This document shows positions 15,501-29,758 of a stretch of 64,000 nt of DNA, in pieces. This stretch comes from the human T2T-CHM13v2.0 reference genome, Homo sapiens, in the NCBI RefSeq assembly GCF_009914755.1, contig NC_060947.1, one strand, 5' to 3'. Numbering within the stretch: position 1 is the first letter of the stretch; the number at the start of each line of letters is the position of its first letter. The notes below the pieces were generated by a model. The model searched no databases, had not been told where the DNA came from, and saw nothing but the letters and a program-made list of their open reading frames with translations. Made by a program: the position numbers and the translations under genes.

Positions 15501-16769
15501 TATAAGTTTATTAAAAATATTTGGAGTTTCATTTGTCTTTCACATCATAGTTGGCTTCAATTTATCTATTTTGCGAGCTATGGTTCAATATGTTTTACAA
15601 CTTACAGTTTACTTCATTTCTTACCTTGATCTGGAAACCACCTCAGAGAACCATCTGGTCTGAACAGAGTTTCTACTTAATTCGAACTATGGGGAAATAA
15701 GTAATGCGGTATTATGGGACTGGAAAAGATGTATGTAAAATAAGGCCTATTTTTCACTCAGTCTTTTTTTCCCTCTAACTTTATAATTTCTGGAGTTAAG
15801 GGGACCATCTTGAGTACACGAATAATACTGCACCAACAGGTCTGTAGGAGAAGCATGCACATCCTTCGTCACTGCTAATAGAAAAGCAACAAGTAAAGAC
15901 TACTGAAGGCCATGATATGGTTATTTACCCAGGGGATAAAACTCCCTGGATCTAAGAGCCAGTGCACGAGAAGTCAAAATGGGTCAAGAACAGTTCCTTT
16001 ATGTCTCATTCAATCAGAAACTGCACACTTGTTCTTCCTAAGCAGTACGGTAAGATTTTTCAGCATTAAGAGTGCCAGCACCAGACATTATGAATTTCAA
16101 GTCTGTACTTCTTCAGGGAAGCTGGCTGCAGATGGTGTTCATGATTGCAGTAGAGAAATGCCATTTAGGGCAATGAGTATTGATAATATAATGGATTTTT
16201 TCCTAACGGTATTTGGCATGTATTTCTACTGATATTTACTTATAGGTACTCAGGAAGCTTGAAGTTCCTCCCCCCCACAACCCTCCTGTAAAAATATTAT
16301 ATTATTGGTAATGAACAAAGCATGACTTTGCATTTGCAAAAGTAAGGACTAGGCATTATAATAAGGCAACATTTGTTATGGGTTTGCACATAACTAGAAA
16401 CAGCATCGAGTTGTATAAAAGTTGCATTGTCATTGCCATTTTTCAAACTACAGGCTTGGTGGAATGTCGGAAAAAAAACATCCTGGGGTTTGAGTATCAG
16501 TTTTCCTGCCAACTCGTCTTAAACTTCAGGAAAGCTCCATCTATACTCTGGGCATCTACTTCCACACCGATAAAATGACAGATCTAAGTTACATGACCTC
16601 CAAGGCCTATGGACATGAAAGTTCTTCGAATTTAGTTAGTCCACCACTAATCAAAAAGACAATAGTTTTGAGGGTTTTCATTTGCTACATCAAATTGAAA
16701 AAAAAAAATCATGCAGCACAGGAATCCTGAAGCCCTGGGGTAAGCTTCCCCCTTAGTGCAGAAGAGGAC

Positions 16770-17025
16770 TATATGGCAGAGTGGTTAAGAGCATGGGCTT
16801 TATAACTAGGAAACTTAATTGCGAATCTTGATCCAGTAGCACATTAGATATGTGACTTTAGAATGCTATTTAACCTCTCTGATCTTCAATTTTTTCTATT
16901 GTGAAATTTAAATAACTTTAGTGTCTACCTCCTAGGGTAATTGGGAGAACTAAATGGTTAATATTTGTAAAGAGTTTAGCATGTGCTTCGCATGTAGTAC
17001 AGACTCAATAAATTGTAGTTGCTGT
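16770..17025 (+). mobile_element. MIR SINE (one of many; others near 9400, 13390, 14340, 17230, 37100, 48270, 50170, 53070, 59730)
   Basis: GTGGTTAAGAGCATGGGCTT...TTAACCTCTCTG...CTCAATAAAT MIR core pattern. Confidence 0.75.
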
Positions 17026-20000
17026 TTTTGTTATTCTTCTTGTTGATGTACATACACTATTAAAGACAGCTTTATCTGCACATACATTTTGACAAAAAGT
17101 CATAATCTCTTATCTACTGTAGACCAACTGAGACGACTGATACTCAGTTGAGACCTCTAATGGCCTCCCATCTCCTCAGCTTGCCCTACTATGGGCTGTG
17201 TGAAATGGAGAAGAATAATAGCAAATACTTATATTGCACTTATTCTATGCACCAAACACTGGTCTTACACATGTATTAATTAACCTAATCCTACTGATGA
17301 GGTAGGTACTGTTATTACTCCTAACTTTTGGATGATAAAACTGAGAGGTAGGGAGGTTAAACAATTTGCCCAAATGGCAGCTAGTACATATCAGAATCAG
17401 GATTTGGTCACAAACAGTCTGGCTCTGGAGTCCCTACTTTTAACACTTCGCTCTGCTGCCATAATGACAGCTCATATTTGGTAAGTGCCTACCAAGTACC
17501 AAGCTCATTATAAACCATATCTGTAATCGTTACAATAATCCTTCGAAGTAGGTATTATGTGTATCTCATTTTTTTCTGATATGGAAAGTGATGCTCAGAA
17601 AGACTAACTTGCCCGACATCACATAATGAAAAGGAATAAGATTCATTTTTTTTTTTTTAACTCAGAGGCTTTAGGAAATAAGGCAAATTTTACTCTGTAT
17701 CAAATATCTAGAAGGGTTAGTAACTGCAACACCAACATTCTGTCTGGGAAATATGCATAGCACCCCTATCAATGAGGCACAGGAAGCAGTAGCCTTCATT
17801 GAAGCCCCCCCTGCTGCTAGTTCAGGCCCCCCAGGCACTGGGGAGATCTGTAGATCTCTTCAACAAGAAGATTTTCTCTTATATAAAGGGAGAGAGTTAC
17901 TGAAGCACATAAAGAAAGCTATCATATGAAATTCAAATTTGTTCAACCTTCCTGAGAATGAATCTTAAGTGAACAAAATAACATTCTGACTAAAGCCCAT
18001 AATCACATTACTTTCTACACGATGAAATACAATGAGATGCATAGAGAAAATAACTGTGGAACAAATCCACCCTATTTAATTATATGGGAGAACAGTTCTA
18101 GATTTACCATAGAAATACATAGGATATCAATGTGAAGCTAATACATTCTTCATACTCTACTAAGAAAATATACCTAGGAAAAACGTGGAACTAGGCTAAC
18201 GATTAATATTTTCTTGTCTTTAAATTAGGTGTTTGAATATATAGCCCATAAACAATGCTCCCCAAAGCATTACAGTGAACATGAACAATAAAGAGATGGA
18301 AAAACATATATGTTCTGCAATTTCATGCTTTCATCTTTGGACATTAATTTCATGTAACTCATTTCAATTTTGTGCAAAAAATGTCTCCCAAGTTCAAAAG
18401 GTTGTAACAATAAATATGAAAAAGAAGACAGATGGGAAAACTTATATGTTAACAGTGACTTTTATTCATCCAATATTTTCATATTATATTATCCTTTCCA
18501 AAGTCAAACTTAGCAAAAACTAAAGAAAAATGCGTGAATTAATACTCTGAAGAGGATCCTTACATGCAGTAAAATATAAACACATTTATATTAGATCAAA
18601 GCCTTTTATGAACCATAAGCCATCATGGAATGGCTTATTTGATAATATTTCACTCTAAGTGATATAATTTTTGCAACTTTCTTGTTTTGGCTCCGTGGGT
18701 TATAACTCCTGGTTCTCCAGAGTTTCAGAGTGGAATCCATCTCTCATCTAGCATTTAAATGGGGAGTATCTCCCATTCCCAAATACTCCATCCCTTGAGC
18801 CATTGCCCCTTGAAACTTTAAAGACTATTTTCATTTAAAATTTACCAAGAACAAACTCTGGTATCCAAATTGGAGACTGGGTTTAACCAGGCAATGTGTG
18901 TAATTATTGCTTACTCAAGTATGCACAGAGTTTTGGAATATTAGGTGGCTGGTGGATATTTTATTTACATTATATTGAGTTCACATACTTCTGCGATAAT
19001 GGTCCTCAGGCACAAGTCTAATATATGCTAGTAAACAAATTTCAGAAAGTATGAGTTAAAACCCTCCCACACTCTAGGCTTTACAATGAGTGGGAAATAG
19101 TGACCATCTACTATTGGGAGAGGGGAAGGAGGGCTGAGAGAGACCTCCTCTCCCAGTCCTAGGTGCATAGTACAGGAAGGCTAGGAATAACATCTGAGAG
19201 ACACCCCATGGGCATTGAGTACCTTCAGTACACTGATTACCACCCATTGACCCTCTACTGTTGTGAAGTGTAAAAAATATAAGAGAGAACACACCCTCCT
19301 GCCTGTGTTATGGAACACAGAGCTTGCAGAAGTATGGCGTTAAGAGAACAGAGACAAACCATCCAGGTACTCAGAGCTAAAGCATTGCTGTAGATAAGAT
19401 GGTGATCCTGCTCCTAAATAAGGTAAAGTCTGTGGTGAACTGAATGTCACTAAAGCTCAGATCTAGATCAATATAAGAGTAGATTGATCCCAAACAAAAT
19501 ACTAATGGCCTAATAGAAGAAAAGGTATTCTCATTTTTGGACATTGACATAATTTACTTCAGTTTCTGTTCTTTTACACATAGTGACTTGCCTTCAAGTA
19601 GAAATTAGATAAACAACAAGAAAAGACTTACAAAAAAAGGAAGAATATATGAAACATACTCAAGTGATAGATCTGAGTCTCAGAGATGGCCCAGATTATG
19701 GGATTATCAAACAGGGACCATAAAATAACTATGATACATATTTTAAAAGGTCTAGTGAGAAAAGCAAATGACATGCTTGAATAAATGTATTATTTACATA
19801 TGGCGATGGAAAGTACAAATAGAGAAAAAATTGAAAAGCTAGAAATAAAATGTAGAATGTCAGAGATGAATTCTTTTTAAGAGCTAATCAGTTGACTGAA
19901 TATAGTAGAGAAAGGAATTTGTGACTTGGATACATTTGAAAACAAAGTATCCAAATGCAACAGAAAGAAAGAAAACAGTCAAAAAAAATTGGAACAGTGT

Positions 20001-20177
20001 GTGATATCTGTGGGACAATAGGAAACCATCTGGCACATGAGTAATTTGGAGTCTCAGGAGAAGAGAGAATCAAGCAGAAGTATATGAGGGGATAATGGCC
20101 AAGAATTGTTCAAAATCAATGAAAGACAACATGTTATGTATCTAAGAATCTCAGAGAATATCAAATAAGCCTAATAA

Positions 20178-20208
20178 AACAAACAAACAAACAAACAAAC
20201 AAACAAAA
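20178..20208 (+). repeat. (AAAC)n microsatellite
   Basis: Direct reading of the sequence. Confidence 0.9.
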
Positions 20209-20662
20209 AACATCTAAGCATATCATAGTCAAACTGCTAAAAACCAAAGATAATGAGAAAATCTTGGAAGCTGGCAGAGAAAACAGAAACACTACCTACA
20301 GTGGGACTACAATAAGAGAGATATATAACTGCTGACCAAAACAATGAGGGAAAGAAGACAATGGAATATCTCATCTTTAAAGTGCTGAAAGAAAAATAAA
20401 ATCTGCCAAACTTGAATTACATATCCAGCAAAAATATTCTTCAAAGATCAAGGTAAAATAAATAAGTTTTCAGAAAAAAAGAAACATAGAATTTTTCTCC
20501 AGCAGATAAACACTAAAAGAAATGAACAAAAAATGTTCTTTATAATGAAGGAAAATTATATCACATAAAAATCCAATTCTGCAGGAAGAAATGAAAAACA
20601 CGAAGAGTAAATAAATTTGTAAAATATTAAAGATCTTTATTTTAAAAACAATGTGTGCATGT

Positions 20663-20841
20663 CCAGGCCTGTCGTGGGGTGGAGGAGGGGGGAAGGGATA
20701 GCATTAGGAGATATACCTAATGTAAATCATGAGCTAATGGGTGCAGCACACCAACATGGCACATGTATACCTATGTAACAAACCTGCACGTTGTGCACAT
20801 GTACCCTAGAACTTAAAGTATAATAATAAAAAAATAATAAT
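20663..20841 (+). mobile_element. 5'-truncated primate L1PA 3' end nested in the older L1
   Basis: GGATAGCATTAGGAGATATACCTAATG...CCCTAGAACTTAAAGTATAATAATAAAAAAA; perfect 13-bp TSD AATGTGTGCATGT at 20650-20662 and 20842-20854. Confidence 0.95.
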
Positions 20842-23800
20842 AATGTGTGCATGTATATAGAAATTACATCAATGAGTATTGACTGCTATTAAAAATAATA
20901 AAATTGTAATGAGAGGTTTATAGCACATACAGAATAAAATATGAGAAAACAATCATGAAGTTTGTAAGAAAATTGGAAGAATAATGTTGTAAATGTCTTA
21001 CCTTGTTTGTGAAGTAATAGAATATGTTTTGAAAGTAGCAGAGATAATTTAAAGATGCATATTGTAATCTTGAGAAACTGCCAAAAATAATAAAAATAAT
21101 GTAATACAAAAGTTATTTGATTCACTCCCAAAACATTAAAAAAGAAAAACAGAGGGACACAGAGAAGATGGGACAAATAGAACTCAAATACTAAAATGGA
21201 AGATTTATATCCAAACACATCAACAATTACAATAAAATGGACTGAAAAACGAAATAAAAGTCAGAATTTGGGAGCTAGAAGAAGAGAGACTCAATTACAT
21301 ATTGCTTACAAGAAACAGACATTAAACATAAAGGCACATAAACAATAACAGTCAAAAGATAGAAAACATACACATTGCAAACACTAATCCTAACAAAGAT
21401 GGTGTGGCTGTATAACTATCAGATAAGGTGGACTTCATGGTGAAGGATATTATCAGAGATAATGGGGGAAATGTCATAATTATAAAATGGTCAATTAATC
21501 AATAATATACAAATTCCTATATGTGTGTGTACCTACTAACAAAGGCACTACATATTTGAAGCAAAAAATTGATAACACTAAAAGAAAACATAGGTAAATC
21601 CATAATCATAGTTGGAACTTGCAATACTCATCTTTCAAAAACTGACAGAAATTGTATACAAAGTCAGAATATGGAAGAATTGTACAACACTGTCAATCAA
21701 TTTGACCTGATATAAACGTATAGAACTGACCAACAGCAAATAACACATTAATTCACGTGAAATATTCACCAAGTAAACCATAAGCTGAGCCATAACCCAA
21801 ATTTAAATACATTCATAAGAAATCAGAGTATGTTATCTGACTGCCAAATATCAAGCTTGGAATTAACATCCAGAATGTACATAGACCACCCCCTCAATAA
21901 GAAATCAAACATTATATATCTAAATAAGTCATGAGTAAAAAAAAAAAAAATCAAAAAGAAGGTTAGAAAATAGGTTGAATTGAATGATAAAGTACAATAT
22001 ATCAAAACAATGAAGTTAATGTAAAGCTGTTATTATAGGAAAATTTGTAGCTTTAAATGCCTTCACTCAAACAGAAGAAAGTTATAAAATAAATGATTTA
22101 TGTTTCCACCTTAAGAAACGAAAAAAACTAATTAAACCCCAAATAAGTAGGAAGAAAGAAGTAATAAAAATGAGAAAGGAAATCAGTGACAGAAAACAAA
22201 TGGAGATAATCACGAAAGCCAAAAGTTGGTTCTTTGAAAAGATTAATACAATTTTAAACCGCTAGCAAGATAGACCAAGAAAAGAGAGAAAAAAATGAAT
22301 CATTAATATAATAAATAGAAGTGGAGATATCACTAGAGATGCTACAGACATTAAAAAGATACTAAAGAGCTACTGTGAACAACTCAATAAGATAAGAAAA
22401 TAAAGATTGGCAAAAGACTTGAACAAATACTTCCTTAAAGAATATGTACAAATTACCAATAAACACATGACAAAGCACTCAACATCATTAGTCATTAGGC
22501 AGATGCAAATTATTACCAAGATGCAATGCTACCATATACATGCAAGAATGAATAGAATGAAAATAATTGACAACCCTAAAAGCTGATGATTATGTAGAAC
22601 AACCAGAACTCTCATACATCACTTGTGGGGATATAAAATGGTACAGCCATTTGGGAAAATTCTTAGGCAGTAGCTCAAAAAGTTAAACTTATATCAACTT
22701 TATGACCCAATAATTTCACTGCTAGGTTTTTGTCCAAAAGAAATAAAAACATTTGTCCACAAAAAGATTGGTAAAAAATGTTTATAGCAGCTTTACTCAT
22801 TTAAGCTAAAAGCTAGAAACAATCCAGATATCTCTGAATGAGAGAATAGATACACAAACTGGCATATTCATGCAATGGATACTAGTCAGCCATAACATGT
22901 AGTGACTTACTGATATACACAGAAAAATAGGTGAATTTCACAAACAGTATTCTGGGTGAAAGTAGCCAGACACACAAAAAAGCACAAAATGTAATGCTTC
23001 CATTTCTATGAAGTTCTAAAATAGGAAAAACGAACCTATGGTGATAGAAGTAAATTAAGTGGTTTCTTCTGGTGGCAGAGAAATGTTGACTAGGAAAAGG
23101 CATGTGGAACCTTTTTGGGGTGATGAAAATATTCCAGATCTTGAAAGAGGAATAAATTGCACGAGTATGTGTATTTTGAAAAACTGATAAAAGTACTTAA
23201 CATCTGAGCACTTTATTTTATATAAATTACACTTAAATTGAAAAAAAAACTTTAAAAGCAATACACAACTGCTTGTGTATGGATGGGCGAGGGGACGACA
23301 ACAATGAAGACTAGTGAGTCACTGGTGCAGAAGAATACTTACAGAAGTGAGATGTGGATGGTCTTCCTGTATCAGAATCACATGGAGTGCTTATTAAAAT
23401 GTAGATCCTTGGGTTCCAACCAACTCAGCTTGAAATCTTCAATTTTAGCCAGTTTCACAGAGGATATTGATGGCACACACTAAAGTTTGGGAACAGCTGG
23501 GCTGCAGAATTTTCAGCCCAGAATACAGAATTTTCCCATATAGAAATAATGTAGTTAGACAACATTGAAGCTAATGCTCAAAATGTGATTTTGGATATTT
23601 TCATGAGTTATGAGTGTTATGAGTCAGCTTTCATATGTCTATAAAATCAGATTATTTTATTTTATTGCAATGAGCTGACACTTATTTTTAGTTGGATCTT
23701 TGAAACTGGGCATCTTACAGAAACTGTAACTGGGATTCTAAATCTTTTTGTGTTATTTATACATGAATTATCAATATGTATTCATGTAAAAATGTTTAAA

Positions 23801-26800
23801 GAATGTTTAAGCATCAAAATAATAGCTTTGTTTCTATTAAGCATAAAGCATTCATGTAATTGCTATTAGGAACATAAACACACATGCCTGGGATTAATAG
23901 CTACCAAAGACTAACAACCTCTTATACTGTAATCTAAAATATATAAAGATCTTTCAATCAGAATGGTAACAATCAACCAATGAACAAACCAAAACTTGCT
24001 GAAAATCTACTATATCTGGGATAGGATGGCATTACATGAACCAAAGACTGGCTTCAGTGTTCATTAATCACAAATCTTGGTCATGTTATGTAACCTCTCT
24101 GAGCCTCAGTTCCCCTCAGTATTAAAATGAGGAAAACAATAATCTACATTGTGCAGTTACTGTATGAATGAGTTACACCTGTGCAGTGTACAAGCTGGGA
24201 AAGGGGCTGTAGTTGACACTTAACAAACGGTAGTTTTTATTTTTTGATCACACAGTCTAACCAGTAGGGTGGTTATTTAAGACTACTTTATTTAATGAAG
24301 AGGAGCCAAGAGACTGTTTAACAAGGATCAAGCAGATCACATACTCTGAGAATGAAATAGTATGGACAGGAAAAAAAAAATGAAAACCTGACATTTTGTC
24401 TTTGGACTGTTTTCCTTTGGAGTACTAAGATATATAGGATAGATGCTCAGCGCAAGGGGACAAAAAAATTTAGAAAAGCTATATAGGACAGGGTCATGAT
24501 GTGACTTGGGGGAAAAGGACCAAAAGGCTGTTTGAACTGCTTCTAGACTATATATTCCATGTTCTATTCAGTACTGCATACCTAGAAGCTAGCACAGTGC
24601 CTGGACTATTATTGTAGGTTCTCACTGCATATTTGTTGAGTGAATGAAAGAAGGCAAAGGAATCTTCACAGCTTGTATGCAATCCAGTGCAGTTTCCCAG
24701 GAGACTATATTAAGGTTTGGAATGAAGTTCCCAGCCAGTAGTAGTAAATTTGAGTCATTTTGTCATCTGTCTTATTATCTTGGTATTCTACTGTATAGCA
24801 GTGGTTAACTAAGTCAAGGAATTCTCAGAACCCAATCAGGTTTTTTTTTCACATAAATGACATGTGTAGTTACTCTCATTAGTAGTTCTGTGCTATCAGT
24901 TAGGGAAATAAAGTGTTGAATATGGGCCTTGCCTCCTAGGAATATAATAATCTAGAGGGGAAAATGAGCACAAAGGTAAAAACAATGTAAGAAAGTTTTG
25001 GATGAGTGTCATATGATTGGTTTAGCCAGTAAGTACTGTGAGAGTTCTAGAGGTGAAGAAATCTCATTTGGTTGTCAGGAGAGGAAAGGTATCTCAGAGG
25101 ACACAAACCAAATTTTCACATACATTTAAGTCCCTGGTTAATTTATACCTCCTCGATGAGGCTATCCCAAATCCAGCCAGCAGAAAGCATCTTTCCTAGT
25201 TCTAGTCCTCTGCTGCTTTTGTGTTATTTTGGTTATAGCATTCATCACAGAGTGTCTGATAGAAGCTAGCTGGGCAGCCAGCCTGTGCCTTCCTGGAAGG
25301 CAGGGTCCATGATTCTTTCATCTTGGCACCTTCCTTGGTGTCTAGCACATCACAGAGAGAGCACTGCATAGATTATACATTAATGAATTGGGCAAATTCC
25401 TCTAGGAGGCAATTGGATTGGCTGAAGTAGTTCTTGTAGGAAAGGAAGGAGATAAGACTAGAAAGGTATGTTGAGCCAGACTACTGTAGGCTTTGCTTAC
25501 AGAATAACATCAAACACTGCCTCCAACTAGTTGGCATTCAAAGTGAAGCCAGTAAAAGTTTTGATATAAGGAAGGGACATAATGAATGTGGTATTTAGAG
25601 ACTTTATTTAGATTTTATCATATTAGCTAGTATTAGAGCTGGAAAAATATCTTCTCATTCAGCTATGCAGTTAAGCATTAGTGGAACAATGAATACTACA
25701 AAGAACACTTATATTTTGTATTTACGCAGAGATGCATGCACTAACCAACCACAGAAAGAGTCCTAGTAAACACCTCCAAGGCTGACTGCTCTGGAGCCTT
25801 GGAATGTGCCTAAATAACACCTACTCTGTTGTACAAGGCGAAGTTCCTGTATCATAACTCTTCATTCTCTAAGAACAGAGTAAAGGATGGAGTACATTGG
25901 GAAACAGCCAATATTTAGACATTTCAGCGGCATGTTGAACTAAATATAGGGAATTGGCATGGTAACAGATTAGAGTTTTGGGTCCAGGAGATATGTGTAT
26001 ACCCTATTTACATAAGTAAGTGGCCATGCCAGTTATTCATGGCTCCTTTGGATGAAGTTTTTAAAAATTCTATTTTAGAAGGCAATAATATAATGTCATA
26101 TCAGATAAAGCTGCTAAATAGTAAGAAACACCAATAAGCTCTTCAGAAACTTCCAAAGCAAAGTAAGCAGACTTAAATGTAACCATTTTTAACATACTCA
26201 CAAATGAGGCATTATTACATTAAAGCATACATAAGCTTAGCAAGCTTTGGTCAAATAATTTCTTCTGAATAGAATGCAGATATCTTGTTTTCATTCTGAC
26301 ATTTTAGAACTCAGACTTTCAAATGGATAAATTAAAGAGTAATCATTTTAATACGTCTATTATAAGTCTTCGCTTTATAGAAACACTCACAAAAAGGCTC
26401 CTTTCTTTACTGCATATCCCATGTGGATTTCACGTGGGATTTGATTTACATATAATTTTCTGGAAACAATTTTATTTTATAAAACGAGAGACACTTATAC
26501 TGCCAATTGAGATATGCCTAAATTTTTAGGCCATACCCAGTGGCCCTGCCGGAATGAAAATAAAAGTTATGGCACATTTTTCTCCCATGAGACTGGTACT
26601 CCCAAGGGGGACTTACAGAACTCCTTCTACCCAGGAGGCACTCACTTCCTTTTGAATACTCTCCTTCCTTCTCAAGAGCTTAGCTGCTGGGGTGAATTTT
26701 TCTACCACCCTGGATGTCTTCACTTGTAATAGTTTTCTCAGTTCAAATCTTCCAGTTTCTAAGGCAAATGGCAAAAGACAAATATAGACTACCGCTATAC

Positions 26801-29730
26801 ATTCTAGAAACCCAAATTGAAGATGGTCATTTATGCTTTGTTTTATAAGATCAGCTAGATTGTTTAATCATTTTCCCAAAGAAAATATAAAGAAATATTT
26901 TCTAGTGGTCTATACAGCCATTTTGGGCATATACAGTTACTCAACAAAAACTAAGTATATACTAAGCACAAGCCCAGGGCCAGGCAGTTGGAACTGCATA
27001 TCATGAGAAAGCACTTTGAGGCACTGCCCAGGTGATAATGGACTCAATGTTTGGAATGAGTGATCTATAGAACAGCTGAAAGTACACATTTGCAACCCCT
27101 GAAAAATGGACAGGGGATTATTGATAAAAAAAAATTAGTAAACATATTGTTTCCTAAGTCCCTACAGCTAAGGAAATGATTAACAAATATACTGTTTTAT
27201 ATATATACACAAATATATATATGTAAATATATTGTTTTCTTCCCCGAGAGAAGAAAATCTGTCTTCATGTGCTGTTTGAGAAACTCTAAGTCAATATGAT
27301 ACATGGAGTACTAGGCAGGTGTAGGAATAGCCACTGAATAGAAAAACTCATAATTACTTAGAAAAGAACACGAAAGGACCTTAAAAAGCTGAAGAAGTAA
27401 TTGTGGACAAGCAGAGGGGAACACAACAAGGACAAAAACATTTAGAGAAGTAAATGGGTGAGCTAAATAAGGTAGGTTAAAAACAAGATTGAAAGGGTAG
27501 ACTAAAGAAACTAGGGTTCCTTAACTTAAATAAGCATAATCATGAGAGCTTCTGGGCTGGGAAGGGTTACACAGAGCACAGCTGCTGTCTATTCTTTAGC
27601 TTCCCTGAGGATCAAATGAGAGGCAGCAGACTTAACTGGAGATGGAGAACTTAGGATGGATGTTCTTGCCTTGAGAGCTTTTGAAATGAGTTCTTTAGAG
27701 AGCTTGTGGATGCGGTGGCTGGGACAGTCTCATCTGTGTACAAGGGTTGAAGTGTTTTCCCGTATGAAGGCTAAGAGATAAACCATGTGACCTTTCTTGC
27801 GACTCGCCATTCTTTGGCTGCATATCCTTTCTCCTGATTTCATTTGCATTGCATTGTTCTACCATGAACTCAGAGCCTATGCTATATCAGATATTTTAAT
27901 ATTTCTTTCAGAGGAGCAACTGCAGCATTTTCAATCACTACCAATCTGTCCCACAGCTTGCATTCATTTCTGCAAAGGGGCTCAGTTTCCCACAAACATA
28001 CATTTATTAAAAATGGACATGTCTATTTATAACATTTCATCAATCAACCTATAAGTCTATTGTAAGCATAAAGTTAGTTTGTGCTTGAATCTAACCAAAC
28101 AGCTTAGATGGCAATTTGACAGTCTCCAATTCATAGACTCACATGTCAATAAAATAATTGTTTGGTGAGAATTTCCTGTGTCACAGATCTTACTCAGCAA
28201 ATAATTAGTGTGTGTGTTTCACTCAAATACTTTACAAGCAGAGTGATGAGTGTACTTGTTTCAGCCACATATACTGTATCCTGAGTAAAGAGGCATATAG
28301 TCTGTAGCTCCTGCCTTTAATGATGATTATAAGCTGTCCACCACCTGGAAGGTGAAAACTCTAACGGGTTTCTTAGAGACATGAATTGTGGAAATAATCA
28401 GAAAATTAAATGTTGAACTAATCTCACAAATTCTGTAACGATTTTCATCACTAATATTGCCCTTGATGTACTAATCTTTCAAATAAGCTTTTTTTCTCTC
28501 TCAATTTTATGGGGAAACCAATTAAAAACAATCAGATAAACAATGCTCATGCAACATGACAGATCAATCCAAATCTCCATTTGGGGATGCTCTAGGAGAA
28601 CTCCAAATAGCTGAGGATATCCTGTGAAGTACTCAGAAGAGAAAGCCTATTAATCCCAGTTAATTACATGAATAAACACATGCTACTCAGCAGTTTCAGG
28701 ACAGAGAGAAGGATTTTGAGGAAACAGAAAATCACCATGAATAATTACTCATCTGGACAAAATGTTCTAGCAAAATAAAACATTTAGCAAGGTTAAGAGT
28801 TCTCTGGGATTCTTTCAGGTTCAACAATAAAGCAAGTGCAAAGGGTTTCAATGAAAGTGTTTGCTTCATGAGGTTGCTTTATTCAGCTAATATGAAGATT
28901 GGCAAAACCATTTTTTTATTAGTTACATGTAAAAACTTCCCATTAAAAATGTAGCTGGAGGAGTGATTTCACTCCTCCAAAAGAATCCCTGTCCTGCTCT
29001 TTTCAAAGAGACTTGAAACTGGTCGCTCCGGCAACCTTCTCTCAGCTTGTTTTTCTCCGTGAGCTGGAAGCTCTTGGGCGTTGGTTCCATCAGCTATCTG
29101 CGGCATCTGCCTTGCCGCCATGGAGGAACAGATACTCTCCTAGTTTCGCTGAGACATTATAGAGTGCCTATCTTCTGTGATTTCCCTGAAGATACACCTA
29201 ATAAGTTTGTCAAAATTAAAGTGTGATTGTGTCCACCTTCCCTTAGCTAAGTGTCATCTTCTCTTTCTTTCCTTTCTTTCACTAAGCTAAAAGAAAAATA
29301 CATTAAAAGCCAATTATAATTACTTATTCTCTTTTTTCTTTAGAAATTAAAATTAATGTTTTGTGCTGTATGCATAGAATAAATGCAAATCTAGAAGTAG
29401 GAAATCTCTCTTGAATCAGTTAGTGCCACCATTTTCTAAATGTAAATAGAGTTTTAAATGGTCAGAAATACACATTCAGTTTCCTATAACAATTAATATT
29501 TTAAATTCCTCCCAGAAAAAAAAAAATGATGCATTTTTCCAAAAGAATCCATTCTTAACGTCAAACATCCCGGAGTAAAGGGAATCAAGAACCCCTGTCC
29601 CATCCAGAACGAAAAATATCTCAGCAGAAAGATCCCTGGTATAATTTTGTTAATTTCTACAAAGGCATTAATGTCCAGGATAAACATTCAAATCTATGTC
29701 CATCAAAAACATTGCAGAAATAAATCTTAC

Positions 29731-29758
29731 CTGAATACGACTTCCTTAACAAAGCCAT
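29731..29758 (-). CDS. FGF13: FGF13 alternative first coding exon 1U, N-terminus of isoform FGF13B/FGF13-U (MALLRKSYS + 1 nt)
   Basis: Reverse complement reads agcATG GCT TTG TTA AGG AAG TCG TAT TCA G|GTAAGA. This is the known FGF13B N-terminus, with good Kozak context (A at -3, G at +4) and a consensus phase-1 donor. Confidence 0.96.

Larger units (their letters stand above)
19080..23250 (+). mobile_element. Ancient degraded L1M LINE (ORF1 remnant, partial ORF2, 3' end)
   Basis: About 4 kb strongly A-rich block with recognisable ORF1 (CATAGTCAAACTGCTAAAAACCAAAGAT), ORF2 (GCCAAAAGTTGGTTCTTTGAAAAGAT) and L1M 3' UTR motifs; no intact ORF. Confidence 0.85.

Noticed and set aside
20889-23261. 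Hydrophobic minus-strand ORFs
   Set aside because: Antisense reading of A-rich L1 sequence.
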